Virus record (IMG/VR): IMGVR_UViG_3300028586_000036 | Coordinates: 1-43,796 of that record | Direction: 5' to 3' (one strand) | Length of the DNA stretch: 43,796 nt | From: a virus | Taxonomy: Duplodnaviria; Caudoviricetes | Shown: positions 22,613-31,273 of the stretch, piece after piece | Layout of the letters: every line of letters begins with the position of its first letter | Position numbering within the stretch: the first letter of the stretch is position 1 | Notes under the pieces: model-generated | What the model was told of the DNA's origin: nothing | Database searches by the model: none | What the model saw: only the letters and a program-made list of their open reading frames with translations | Made by a program: the position numbers and the translations under genes

Positions 22613-25600
22613 ACCATTTCATCCCGAGTAGGCGGAACGCCGTCGCCATCCCAGCGCTCAGACAAGCGAGCCCAGCGGCCAGTATTCTGCGCAATAGCTC
22701 GGGTGTCCGCGCCCATATCGTTAAGCCTCATCAAAAGCTGCTGGAGTACGCGCAGGCTTTCTGCGTCTTGCACTCCGCCAGCGCCCGCGCTGCGAGCACG
22801 CTGCATATCCTCGTCGCGCGCCTGCTGCTTGGTTTTAACACGCTCACCCTCATGCAGCATCGCGGTATAGCCATCAAACGGGACCCGATCCAGCCCGTTA
22901 GCATGACTGCCGTTGACCTTTCCTGCATTGATAGCGGCGATTTCAGCAGCAATAGCAGCTGGGTCAGCCCCATTCTTGATTGCTTCGTTCCAGAACTCCC
23001 ATCCGCCTTGGTCGAGATAGCCGATACCAGATCCTTGGTATGCGTCCCATACGGCCTGCTCGCCACTGGACAAGCCGGAGGGAGCGCCGTTTGTGGGCTT
23101 GGGCTTTGTCGCCTGCGCAGCTACTAGGTTAGCAATCGACGAGGTAAACGCCGTCATCGCTTGGGATACAGTAAGAGTAGCCTGCGTGTTCCCAAGCGCC
23201 GCATCTATCTGCTCCTGCGCCTTGGTCAACATGCTGTCGTAATACTCAATCTGCGCCTTGTACGCCTGGCCAGCAGCAATCAGCTGCTCCTTCAGGACGT
23301 TAAGCGTGCGCTCCTCTACGGATATCTGAGCGTCGGTCAAGTCACCCAGCGCTGCGATATCGTTAGCAGTCTTCAGGAAATCAAGCTGATAGTCAGAGAA
23401 CGTCTTGAATAACTGCTGGGAGGGCTGAGCAATCACGCCGAACGCAGATTCAAGGCTCGCAGCGGTTGGCAGCGGCCCGCCAGAGCGAGCGCTAGCCAGA
23501 GCGTCAGAGATTTGAGACTGAGCAACAGAGCGCTGCATGCCCAAGTCGGCCTGGCCGAACAGATTCTGCAGCGTCGCCTTAACCCGCTGGCTCAATGCCT
23601 GGTGCTCAGACAAAGCCGTAGAGGCAGTGTCGATCCCGTCTTGCAGTACCTTTTGCTGGTCTTCCCACGCTTTAGTCAGCGCGTTCTTTTGCACATTAAC
23701 AGCGCGAGTCAGACCGCCCATTGCTACGTCAGCCTGGCGCTCTGCTTCAGTGCGAGCAGCGGCAAGGATAGAGGCGATAAAGTTCGCAGTCTTGAGCGCG
23801 TCTGAGGCCGCTTGATCGGTGATGCGCTTGTTATCGGCTACTACCTTTTCTGCTTGCTCCTTTGTGTAGTCAGCCCAGCCAGCGAACGTCTGGTTGAGGC
23901 CCAACAGGGTGGCACGCGCCTTGACTGCCGTTTCGTCAGTCAGGCTCAGCCCTTCGACGAGCAGGCGAAATTCTTCCTTGGTTGCAGGGACAGCGAAGCC
24001 GAGGCTATCGAAGACCGCAGTCATTCCTGACAGCGTGTCATTCATCCGCTCGGCTTCCGTGTGATACGTCTCGTAGAAGGAGTTCAGATTGTTCTGAGCA
24101 GCCTCAAGGCCACCTGATGCCTCGACGAAAGCCACTGTCAGGTCATAGCTCAGGTCTTTGAACTTAGCCAGTGGCGCGCCGGCCGATTCAACCATCGTGC
24201 GGAAACCTTCTACCGCTGCGACCTGCGCGCTGATCTGGCCGAGCAAGGCCGTAGCAGCATCATCGCTGAGCGAAACAGCAGTAACTCCTTCAACCAGCTT
24301 GCGAAGCGAGGCAGGAAGATCGTCGGCCGACTGCAGGACCTCGATCTGCAGCTGCTTCAGATCAGTAACCAGCAAGCCGGCGGCCGCCTCAGTCGTCAGC
24401 GAAGTAGGCAGATTCTTGTTGTAGTAGGTGCCTTTGTAGTTGCTGCCGGACCCATCTTCACCAATCTGGCGGCCATCAGACAGCGTGACGCCCGACATGA
24501 CGCCGCCTCGCCCCTTCTCGGATCCCTCAAAGCCTGCGATCAGATTCTTAACGCTCACGGCCGAGCCAGCAGCTTTCAGCAGGCTGTTAACGCCGCCCGC
24601 AGTAGCGCTGATAGCGGCATTCACCACACCCTCTTTACCATCCGTGCCGCCAGAGGGGCCGTGAAGGAACGAGGATTGGCCATCAGCCCAATTGAATGTA
24701 CCGCCCGATCGCTTCTCGCCTTTGAATGATCCAGAAAGGAGTGAGTAGATAGCGATTGCAGCGCCGATGTAAGGCATCGCAGCACCAATGGCGGACATTG
24801 CGCCGCCCAGGCTAGCACCCAGGCCGCCAGCCACCGTTCCACCTGCGCCACCTCCTACCAAGCCCCCGATGGTATTAGCTGCGGCACCAGTCACAATGTG
24901 CGAACCGACCGCCCCAGCGCCCGCCGTGAAAGCAGCACCAGCTCCACCGATTGCCGCTCCGCCCCCTACCAAGCTACCAATCTCGGAGGCCGCAGCCCCG
25001 CTGATCACGTTGCTGGATGCGGCCGCTCCGCCGTAGTACTTGCTAATGCTGGAAAGTCCGGTGCCGATCAGGTTCTTGGCATTGCCAGCCTGATCGAAAA
25101 ACGAGGACGACCCGCCTTGATTGTCAGTCAAGCCAATCGCATTCGTTAGCGAGTTAGCTGCTCCCTGCACAATCGGCTGGATGATCGGCTTAAGGATCAT
25201 CGTCTTGAACATGTTGATTAGCGTATCTTTGAAGTTCGTAGCGAAACCCTTGCCATCCTCGAAACCGCGCAGCAGAGCGTCAGTAAGGCTATCTCCGATC
25301 TGCTCATTATCCTTTTTGGCCTGTTCTTTTAGTTCCTTGCTGGCGTCCAGAGCCTCAAGCTTCGCAGTGCTGCCGGAAACCGAGCGTAGCGCCTGGGCAC
25401 GTTGCTTGATCGCCTCAATTTCTTTTTGGATCAGCGTAAGATCTTCGGCCCTCTCTCCTCGCATGACGGCCATTGCATATGTCGTCTCAGCGATAGCCAG
25501 GTCCTCATCCGCTCTCGCCACATTAGCATTTGCGATAGCCGTAGCAGTCATGTCGTATTGTTCGACCTGAAGCGCCAAGGCATTAGCCTGATCGATGGCA

Positions 25601-27939
25601 GATACTGTCGCAGACTGCGCGCTCTTAGTGGCCTCGCTTTGCAGGCTCGTGCGCTTTCTTGCGGCTGCCTCCTCTGCGCTGACTTCGGCTGCGAATGCCT
25701 TGATGGTCGCAGCGCTTACGTCGCCCACTAGCTTGCGGCGATCTTCAAGCAGCTTCTTGCGCTGATCTTCAGTCAGCTTGTTCGCGGCCAGGGCGCGATT
25801 GACGACCTCAATTTCCTTCTCCGCTGCAGCAGCCTCAGCGAGCCCGATATCCCGGCCAAGCTCAGCCTTGCGCGCGTAGTACTCCTCCGCGCTCTTGATA
25901 CCAAGGCCATAGATGTAGTCGTTCTGCTCGTTCGCGGCCTCAAGCGCTCCTACCTGATCCTTCAGCGCGCGCTTTATCGCATCCGTTTCTGCCTCGATAG
26001 CGACAGTCTTTGCGCTCTTTCCGCCTGTGCCGGCTCCGCCACCTGATCCGCCTCCCGTGCCAGAACCAGAGTCGCGCTTGCCAATGCCATCTAGCCAGCC
26101 GCCAATTTCGCCAACGTAGTCGCGCGACATTGCTGCTTTGACGGCGGCATTGCGCTGAGCTAGAGATGCAGCGGCACGGCCAGCATAAGGGTTGTCCATC
26201 TCGGAAATCCCGACGGAAGAACCGATCTTGCTGATATCAATCCCAGGGATCTTGTTGATAGCCTCAACTAGGCTGTTAACGCCAGATATAGAGCCCTGAA
26301 TCAGGCTGTTGATAGCGCGGATGGCGAGATTCACGCCGCCGATCACTGCGCCGCCAAGAATATCCCCGAAGTTTGACCAGGTGAACTTGATATCTTCGTA
26401 TGCAGCAGCGAATGCCCCGATCAGCGTGTTCGCTGCGCCCTTTGCCGTAGCGATAACGTCAACGCCGACAGCTTGCTTGATATCGTCGCGGAACTTATAG
26501 ACGGCATAACCAGCGATACCGATTGCGGCTGCGAATGCTCCTAGTGGGTTAGCAAGCATGATAACGGTCAGCGCCTTGACTGCGCCCACCAGCGTGCTGC
26601 CGATGGCCACAGCAAGAGTTCCTACCCCGCCCACAACTGAGGCAATGCCAGCGATGACCGTAGGCGCGAAGAAGCCAGCAATCGCGGCGACGACTACGCC
26701 CGCGTTGTCTGCCACAGTGCTGATTACGCTTCCAACTGCCTTGAAGGCAGGCGCCAGGACAGCTCCAAAAGCAAGTGCGTAATCCCCCGCCTTGCGCAGC
26801 GCGCCAGCGAAATCAATGATGATGCCAGCGACTGCGGCGGATGCTCCTGAAGCCTTATCCAGCCTGCCGACTAGCTCTGTGACATTGTTCGTCAGTATGA
26901 CAAACGAATCGGTGATGGTGGCGGGCATCGCAGCAGCACGCTCGCGCACGTCGTCCAGCGACTTGATCATGGCATCCGCGATGACCTTGCCCGTGACTTT
27001 GCCTTGCGACGCGAGGCCCCGCAGACCGCTTGTCGTAGTATTCAGCTCACGCGCAAGAGCCGCAGCGACCTCGCCGCCATTGGCAAGCACAGTTTCTAGA
27101 CCGTCAGCCTCAAGCTTCCCTGTGGCGAGTGCCTTCGATAGGGCATCCTGAACAGACGCAGCCCGCTCGCCGCGCGTGGCGGTCAGAACAAGCATGTTAT
27201 TCAGGGATTCGACGTAATCAGCGGCCTGGGCGGAGCTTTTCCCCAGATCACGCAAGACGGTGACATTGCGCGAGTAGGTGGATACCGTCTGCTCAAGAGG
27301 CGAGTACGACGCGTTGGCGATGTCCACCAGGCGCGTCATCATTCCTGCCGCGCCCTCCATGTCCTTTGTGGCCGCGCCTACCTTGCTTTGCATGTCCGAC
27401 CAGGCGTCGGCATAGCGAGCGAGGGACGAGACGCTGAACGCAGCAGCCAGTACAGCGCCGGCCTTGAGCGCAGCAGAGGCGAACGAGCTTACGCCGCGCT
27501 CAGTCGTCGCGGCCTTCTTCCCCATCTCATCTACTTGAGCAGTCGCCTTGCTGGCACTGTCCCCCATGCCTTTGGTCGACTTGTCAGCCTTGCCTGCCCC
27601 CTTGTCGAGCGCATCTGTGGCCTTGGCTGCGCTCGTAGCGCCCTTGTCTAGAGCACCCGTAGATTTCGCGGCAGACCCAGCGCTTGTATCCAGCGCCTTC
27701 GTAGAGGTTGCCGCGCCTGAGGCGCCCTTATCAAGCTCGCGAGTGGCTTCGGCGGCACCACTTGCCCCCTTATCCAACTCGCGAGTCTTCTTGCCTGCGG
27801 AATCAGCGGCGGCCTCAAGATCGGTAACGGCCTTTTCAGCACGCGTGGCAACGTCTACGAGTTGTTTTAGCGCCTTGTTAGCGCTCTCAACGCCCTGGAC
27901 CTCTACGCTTAGGCCCAGGCTTTCGATTGACGTTGCCAT
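22609..27939 (-). CDS. Tape measure protein (1776 aa, extended C-terminus)
   Basis: 'LARYADAWSDMQSKV' tape-measure domain, TM stretches, coiled coils, 'GSHANGLDRVPFDGY.A.LHEGERV'. Start MATSIESL at 27939. Confidence 0.93.
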   Translation of the reverse strand: MATSIESLGLSVEVQGVESANKALKQLVDVATRAEKAVTDLEAAADSAGKKTRELDKGASGAAEATRELDKGASGAATSTKALDTSAGSAAKSTGALDKGATSAAKATDALDKGAGKADKSTKGMGDSASKATAQVDEMGKKAATTERGVSSFASAALKAGAVLAAAFSVSSLARYADAWSDMQSKVGAATKDMEGAAGMMTRLVDIANASYSPLEQTVSTYSRNVTVLRDLGKSSAQAADYVESLNNMLVLTATRGERAASVQDALSKALATGKLEADGLETVLANGGEVAAALARELNTTTSGLRGLASQGKVTGKVIADAMIKSLDDVRERAAAMPATITDSFVILTNNVTELVGRLDKASGASAAVAGIIIDFAGALRKAGDYALAFGAVLAPAFKAVGSVISTVADNAGVVVAAIAGFFAPTVIAGIASVVGGVGTLAVAIGSTLVGAVKALTVIMLANPLGAFAAAIGIAGYAVYKFRDDIKQAVGVDVIATAKGAANTLIGAFAAAYEDIKFTWSNFGDILGGAVIGGVNLAIRAINSLIQGSISGVNSLVEAINKIPGIDISKIGSSVGISEMDNPYAGRAAASLAQRNAAVKAAMSRDYVGEIGGWLDGIGKRDSGSGTGGGSGGGAGTGGKSAKTVAIEAETDAIKRALKDQVGALEAANEQNDYIYGLGIKSAEEYYARKAELGRDIGLAEAAAAEKEIEVVNRALAANKLTEDQRKKLLEDRRKLVGDVSAATIKAFAAEVSAEEAAARKRTSLQSEATKSAQSATVSAIDQANALALQVEQYDMTATAIANANVARADEDLAIAETTYAMAVMRGERAEDLTLIQKEIEAIKQRAQALRSVSGSTAKLEALDASKELKEQAKKDNEQIGDSLTDALLRGFEDGKGFATNFKDTLINMFKTMILKPIIQPIVQGAANSLTNAIGLTDNQGGSSSFFDQAGNAKNLIGTGLSSISKYYGGAAASSNVISGAAASEIGSLVGGGAAIGGAGAAFTAGAGAVGSHIVTGAAANTIGGLVGGGAGGTVAGGLGASLGGAMSAIGAAMPYIGAAIAIYSLLSGSFKGEKRSGGTFNWADGQSSFLHGPSGGTDGKEGVVNAAISATAGGVNSLLKAAGSAVSVKNLIAGFEGSEKGRGGVMSGVTLSDGRQIGEDGSGSNYKGTYYNKNLPTSLTTEAAAGLLVTDLKQLQIEVLQSADDLPASLRKLVEGVTAVSLSDDAATALLGQISAQVAAVEGFRTMVESAGAPLAKFKDLSYDLTVAFVEASGGLEAAQNNLNSFYETYHTEAERMNDTLSGMTAVFDSLGFAVPATKEEFRLLVEGLSLTDETAVKARATLLGLNQTFAGWADYTKEQAEKVVADNKRITDQAASDALKTANFIASILAAARTEAERQADVAMGGLTRAVNVQKNALTKAWEDQQKVLQDGIDTASTALSEHQALSQRVKATLQNLFGQADLGMQRSVAQSQISDALASARSGGPLPTAASLESAFGVIAQPSQQLFKTFSDYQLDFLKTANDIAALGDLTDAQISVEERTLNVLKEQLIAAGQAYKAQIEYYDSMLTKAQEQIDAALGNTQATLTVSQAMTAFTSSIANLVAAQATKPKPTNGAPSGLSSGEQAVWDAYQGSGIGYLDQGGWEFWNEAIKNGADPAAIAAEIAAINAGKVNGSHANGLDRVPFDGYTAMLHEGERVKTKQQARDEDMQRARSAGAGGVQDAESLRVLQQLLMRLNDMGADTRAIAQNTGRWARLSERWDGDGVPPTRDEMV
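27529..27780 (-). repeat. About six 42-bp (14-aa) tandem repeats in the TMP N-terminus
   Basis: ELDKGASGAAEATR/ELDKGASGAATSTK/ALDTSAGSAAKSTG/ALDKGATSAAKATD/ALDKGAGKADKSTK. Confidence 0.85.
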
Positions 27940-28297
27940 CTGCTTCCTTCGCTCCCGAGAGAGCATCCTTAAGGGTCTTGCCATCCCCCTTAGGAGGCGG
28001 CTTTAGATATTCAGCGTCCATGATGCGGATTAGCTGAATCAGGGCCTCGCTCGGAACGCCGCTTCGCGTCTTCGCATGCTCGATAATCTTCGAAACCGGG
28101 ATCGGGCCAGCAGACATTCCTATCTGCCTCTCCGTGGACAGCTCCCAGAACGACTCCCACACAGACCATTCAACGTCGTACAGGTCAGGGCAGATCATCG
28201 AAGGAAGCAGGTCCTTCCCGAATTTCTCGTACTGCTCAATCGTCCAAGCAATATCAGGATTATCGAGCAGCCAGCGAAGCCGCGTCGTTAGTTTTTT
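27887..28297 (-). CDS. Tail assembly chaperone T segment (-1 frame extension, gpGT-like)
   Basis: The -1 frame from the slippery site is open: KLTTRLRWLLDNPD...LLPSMICPDL..., joining ORF 27887..28198 ('FWELSTER..G...GPIP'). Confidence 0.85.
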   Translation of the reverse strand, partial: KKLTTRLRWLLDNPDIAWTIEQYEKFGKDLLPSMICPDLYDVEWSVWESFWELSTERQIGMSAGPIPVSKIIEHAKTRSGVPSEALIQLIRIMDAEYLKPPPKGDGKTLKDALSGAKEADGNVNRKPGPKRRGPGR

Positions 28298-28704
28298 GCT
28301 GCTGCCTCGATGAATTCGTCAGGGCTGCCGTCCAGCGATTGCGCAGCCGCGATTACCAGACCCGTGAAAGCTTCGCCGTTGCGCTCCATGATCCAGGAGC
28401 GGGCCAGGTTCGCATCGTAGGGCAACGGTTCGCCACCGCTTTCGAAGCCGTCCCAGCCAAGCAGCACTTGCTCAGCCAGCGTTTCCTTGAAAATCTGCGT
28501 CTTGTCGTCGTCGGTCAGCGCCTTGCCTTTCTTGCTGGCGCGCATCTTCGCCTGCTTGGCTTCCTGCGCCTTGCGCACCGGGTCAGACTTCAGCCCGCGC
28601 ACCAGGAAGCGCACACCGGGAGCGCCCTCAATATCGCCAACCCACGCGCCATTGTCCAGAGCCTGCAAAGCCTCGTTAGAGACGACGAAATTCTTGATAT
28701 CCAT
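28288..28704 (-). CDS. Tail assembly chaperone (gpG-like)
   Basis: Position before the TMP; 'LLGWDG......LPY' motif; ends in KN. Confidence 0.85.
   Translation of the reverse strand: MDIKNFVVSNEALQALDNGAWVGDIEGAPGVRFLVRGLKSDPVRKAQEAKQAKMRASKKGKALTDDDKTQIFKETLAEQVLLGWDGFESGGEPLPYDANLARSWIMERNGEAFTGLVIAAAQSLDGSPDEFIEAAAKN
28291..28297 (-). promoter_or_regulatory. -1 ribosomal frameshift heptamer A AAA AAC
   Basis: GCA AAA AAC TAA at the end of the chaperone gene. Confidence 0.85.
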
Positions 28705-28730
28705 GATTTACCTTAGTGGTTCCCGGTTCC

Positions 28731-28771
28731 GAAAAAGAGTCCGCAGGCTGGAACCAGCATCCTGCGAACTC
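28731..28771 (-). terminator. Rho-independent terminator/attenuator upstream of the tail chaperone
   Basis: GAGTTCGCAGG...CCTGCGGACTC followed by TTTTT. Confidence 0.7.
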
Positions 28772-28777
28772 GTAAAG

Positions 28778-29323
28778 CTATTCTAGCCGGGCGAATTCCC
28801 CGTGATACTTCAGGGCGGCTTTGCAGTAGGCCGCATACGCTGCCTCCGCTGTGTCAAACCGCCCTACGTGCCTCTGCTTGCCATCACAAAGGATGCTCGA
28901 TATCCATTTCTGCCTGTTGGTATCGAAGCTCACACCCTTGAACCCACTTATGTTCCGGCAAGTGCGTTTCACGTTATGCGCGTTCTCCGATCTTGTCGCC
29001 TCTCGGAGATTCGCGATTCTGTTGTCTTTCTTGTCGCCGTTGATGTGGTCGATCTGCTCTGCTGGCCATTGGCCGTGATAGATAGCCCAACCCACCCTAT
29101 GCGCAAGATATTTCTTGTACCTTATGCAGCCTGCGAGATATCCGCAGATGTGCGGCGACTTAAAAGCTTCCTTCCCGCTGAATCTTGAGTTCCAAGCCTT
29201 AGCGGCACCTTCATTCTTGAAGCAACTAGCCGGCTGTGACTTCCAGAAAAGTTTTCCACTATCCGGGTCATAGCTGAGTAGTTGGCGCAATTCATCGGGC
29301 GTGACTACAATGGCGATATCCAT
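28778..29323 (-). CDS. HNH-AP2 homing endonuclease inserted in the tail operon
   Basis: 'LRQLLSYDPDSG', 'AHRVGW', 'IDHINGDKKDNRIANLREAT..EN', 'SGFKGV'. Confidence 0.93.
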   Translation of the reverse strand: MDIAIVVTPDELRQLLSYDPDSGKLFWKSQPASCFKNEGAAKAWNSRFSGKEAFKSPHICGYLAGCIRYKKYLAHRVGWAIYHGQWPAEQIDHINGDKKDNRIANLREATRSENAHNVKRTCRNISGFKGVSFDTNRQKWISSILCDGKQRHVGRFDTAEAAYAAYCKAALKYHGEFARLE

Positions 29324-29418
29324 TTCAATGCTCCTGTCATTGTTTTGGTCAGAACCCGCACAAGATCCAACTCTCGTGCGGGTTCGTTCATTTTAAGCCT
29401 AGGAAGCGTCGCCGCCCA

Positions 29419-30135
29419 TCACACGGTTACCACGTTGCTCGTGACTGCTAGCGTCGTGGTCTGCATCTGGATGGTGTTGGCATCGCCGCCTGCCAAGCTT
29501 TCCGACGCAGCAAGCGCGGTAAAGAGTTTGGTCATCCCTGCCGGGGTAGCTGTCGCGGTCTGCACACCCGACTGCGTGCCAGTGGTGTCGACAGCAGCGC
29601 CGCCAGCAGTGGTGGAAACGGTGAAAGTGTCGTCAGTAAGGCCAGTAGCCAGAACGTAGTAGGCAGTGTCAGCGGTCAAACCAGTGGGCAGCGCGCCAGT
29701 GGTCGAGAAGACTACCGTCTGACCAGCGACCAAGCCGTGATCCGTCCAGGTGATGACACCGGGGGTCGCAATGCTGATCGTGACAGTGGCTTCGGGCAGG
29801 CAATCAGCGCCCATTTCCACTTTGTATGCGTACTCGTAGCAGTCTTCGACGGCGGCGCGAAGCAGGGTTTGGCCCGGGTCGTTGTAGAGCGGGACAACTT
29901 GAACTTCGAAGTCACCGGCGTCCCGCGTACCCTTGACCTTGATCGTGCGGCCGCGGTTGATCAGGTTCTGGGTGATGATTTCCTGGGTGTCGCCCAGGGT
30001 GCCCATGCTGGCCCAACCGTCAATTTCGGTCCACGTCTGCGATGCGAAGGCGGCGGCAGTAAGGTTGTCCTTAGTGCTAGCCAGCTTGCCACCGATGAAA
30101 AGCTTTGATCCCGAAACCGGGTAAATTGCGCTCAT
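29419..30135 (-). CDS. Major tail tube protein with an inserted beta-rich domain
   Basis: 'WTEI.G....G.LGD..E', 'KVKGTRDAG', 'DPGQ..L'; insertion 'TISIATPGVIT...HGL..GQ.V'. Confidence 0.88.
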   Translation of the reverse strand: MSAIYPVSGSKLFIGGKLASTKDNLTAAAFASQTWTEIDGWASMGTLGDTQEIITQNLINRGRTIKVKGTRDAGDFEVQVVPLYNDPGQTLLRAAVEDCYEYAYKVEMGADCLPEATVTISIATPGVITWTDHGLVAGQTVVFSTTGALPTGLTADTAYYVLATGLTDDTFTVSTTAGGAAVDTTGTQSGVQTATATPAGMTKLFTALAASESLAGGDANTIQMQTTTLAVTSNVVTV

Positions 30136-30187
30136 GAATCTCTCCAGAGAGATATGCCCCGACGGGCGTTAACCGGCTCAGCCGGGG

Positions 30188-30388
30188 TTACTTGGTTTTC
30201 TGTTTGGGCTTGCTGAGGGCGAGGGGCTTCGGTTGAGCCTTATCTTCCATATCAGCAACGCCTGTCTTTTCTTTGAGGCCGAGGGCTTCAGCGGCACCTT
30301 TCAACAGATGCGCGGCTCCTTGGCCATAGGCCGAATTCAGCAATGCGGTTCGCGCCATCTCTCGGCGCGCTTTGCAATCAGGGCACAT
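30188..30388 (-). CDS. Small CxxC protein
   Basis: MCPDCKARRE... with GAGG RBS, between the tail terminator and the tube gene. Confidence 0.6.
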   Translation of the reverse strand: MCPDCKARREMARTALLNSAYGQGAAHLLKGAAEALGLKEKTGVADMEDKAQPKPLALSKPKQKTK

Positions 30389-30398
30389 ATTCATTTCC

Positions 30399-30824
30399 TC
30401 ATGCGAAGCATCGCCACGGGATGCGGACGGGAATTTCCCAGAAGCCATTTTCAGTGTATCCATCGCTGACATGCGGATAAGCCGTCACGGTCGCGCAGAC
30501 ACCGCCATAGTTTAGCTCTGTTCCGTCTTTGAAGTATTCAGCGATTGTCCCGGCGATCTCATCGTAGACCGATACGTTTTGGCCGAGCGGGTAGACGAGC
30601 GTGATTATCAGGAAGCCGGTCCGTTGGTGCACCTTGCCGGGCGCGATCATCTGACGCAGCGGGGCAGCGCTCACACGTCCGACACGCAGGAACGGCAGCG
30701 GCTTACCGCCACCAGTCGGCACAGTGAACGTCTCTCCCGGCCAGGCTTTCGCGATGGCAAGCGGCAAGGACGTGATGCGAGCGCGGAAAGCCAGCCAAAG
30801 TGCCGTTTCAATCTTCGGGGTCAT
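30399..30824 (-). CDS. Tail terminator protein
   Basis: Position plus 'AWP...F', 'G.L.I....P.G.....A..IA.YF', 'W.IPVRIPW'. Confidence 0.8.
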   Translation of the reverse strand: MTPKIETALWLAFRARITSLPLAIAKAWPGETFTVPTGGGKPLPFLRVGRVSAAPLRQMIAPGKVHQRTGFLIITLVYPLGQNVSVYDEIAGTIAEYFKDGTELNYGGVCATVTAYPHVSDGYTENGFWEIPVRIPWRCFA

Positions 30825-31273
30825 GCGTTCCTCGATTCAACGGATGATTGCAGCTCTGATGCGGCTTTGGCGACGATGGCGGGCCATTCTGAAATGGCGC
30901 CCTCAATAAAATAGGCTCCGGCCTGGTTGTATACGCGGCCAAGTGAATCCGCGCCGACGAATCCATTGTTCGTGCGTCTCGCATAAACGGCTTGAAAACC
31001 GAGGAAAATTACCTGATCCAGCCGCAGCGTAGCCGTCACTGCGCCTACATTGCTGCCAGCGGATAATACCTCGCTGGTCTTGGGCATGGATTCAGTTGAC
31101 GCCAACAGAGAGCGCGCGAGGTTGCCAGTGAGGTAAGGCATGCGACCACCATTTCCTCGCGTTCGTGTCATTTCCTCAGACAGCAACTCGACGGAGCGGC
31201 GATACACCGCCTGCACGCGCGCTTCACTCTGCGAGGCCCATTGTCCGACGGATGCGGAGAAGCTTTTAGCCAT
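30821..31273 (-). CDS. HK97 gp10-like tail completion/neck protein
   Basis: 'F...V..W', 'P.LTGNL.RS', 'YARR'; start MAKSFS at 31273. Confidence 0.8.
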   Translation of the reverse strand: MAKSFSASVGQWASQSEARVQAVYRRSVELLSEEMTRTRGNGGRMPYLTGNLARSLLASTESMPKTSEVLSAGSNVGAVTATLRLDQVIFLGFQAVYARRTNNGFVGADSLGRVYNQAGAYFIEGAISEWPAIVAKAASELQSSVESRNA

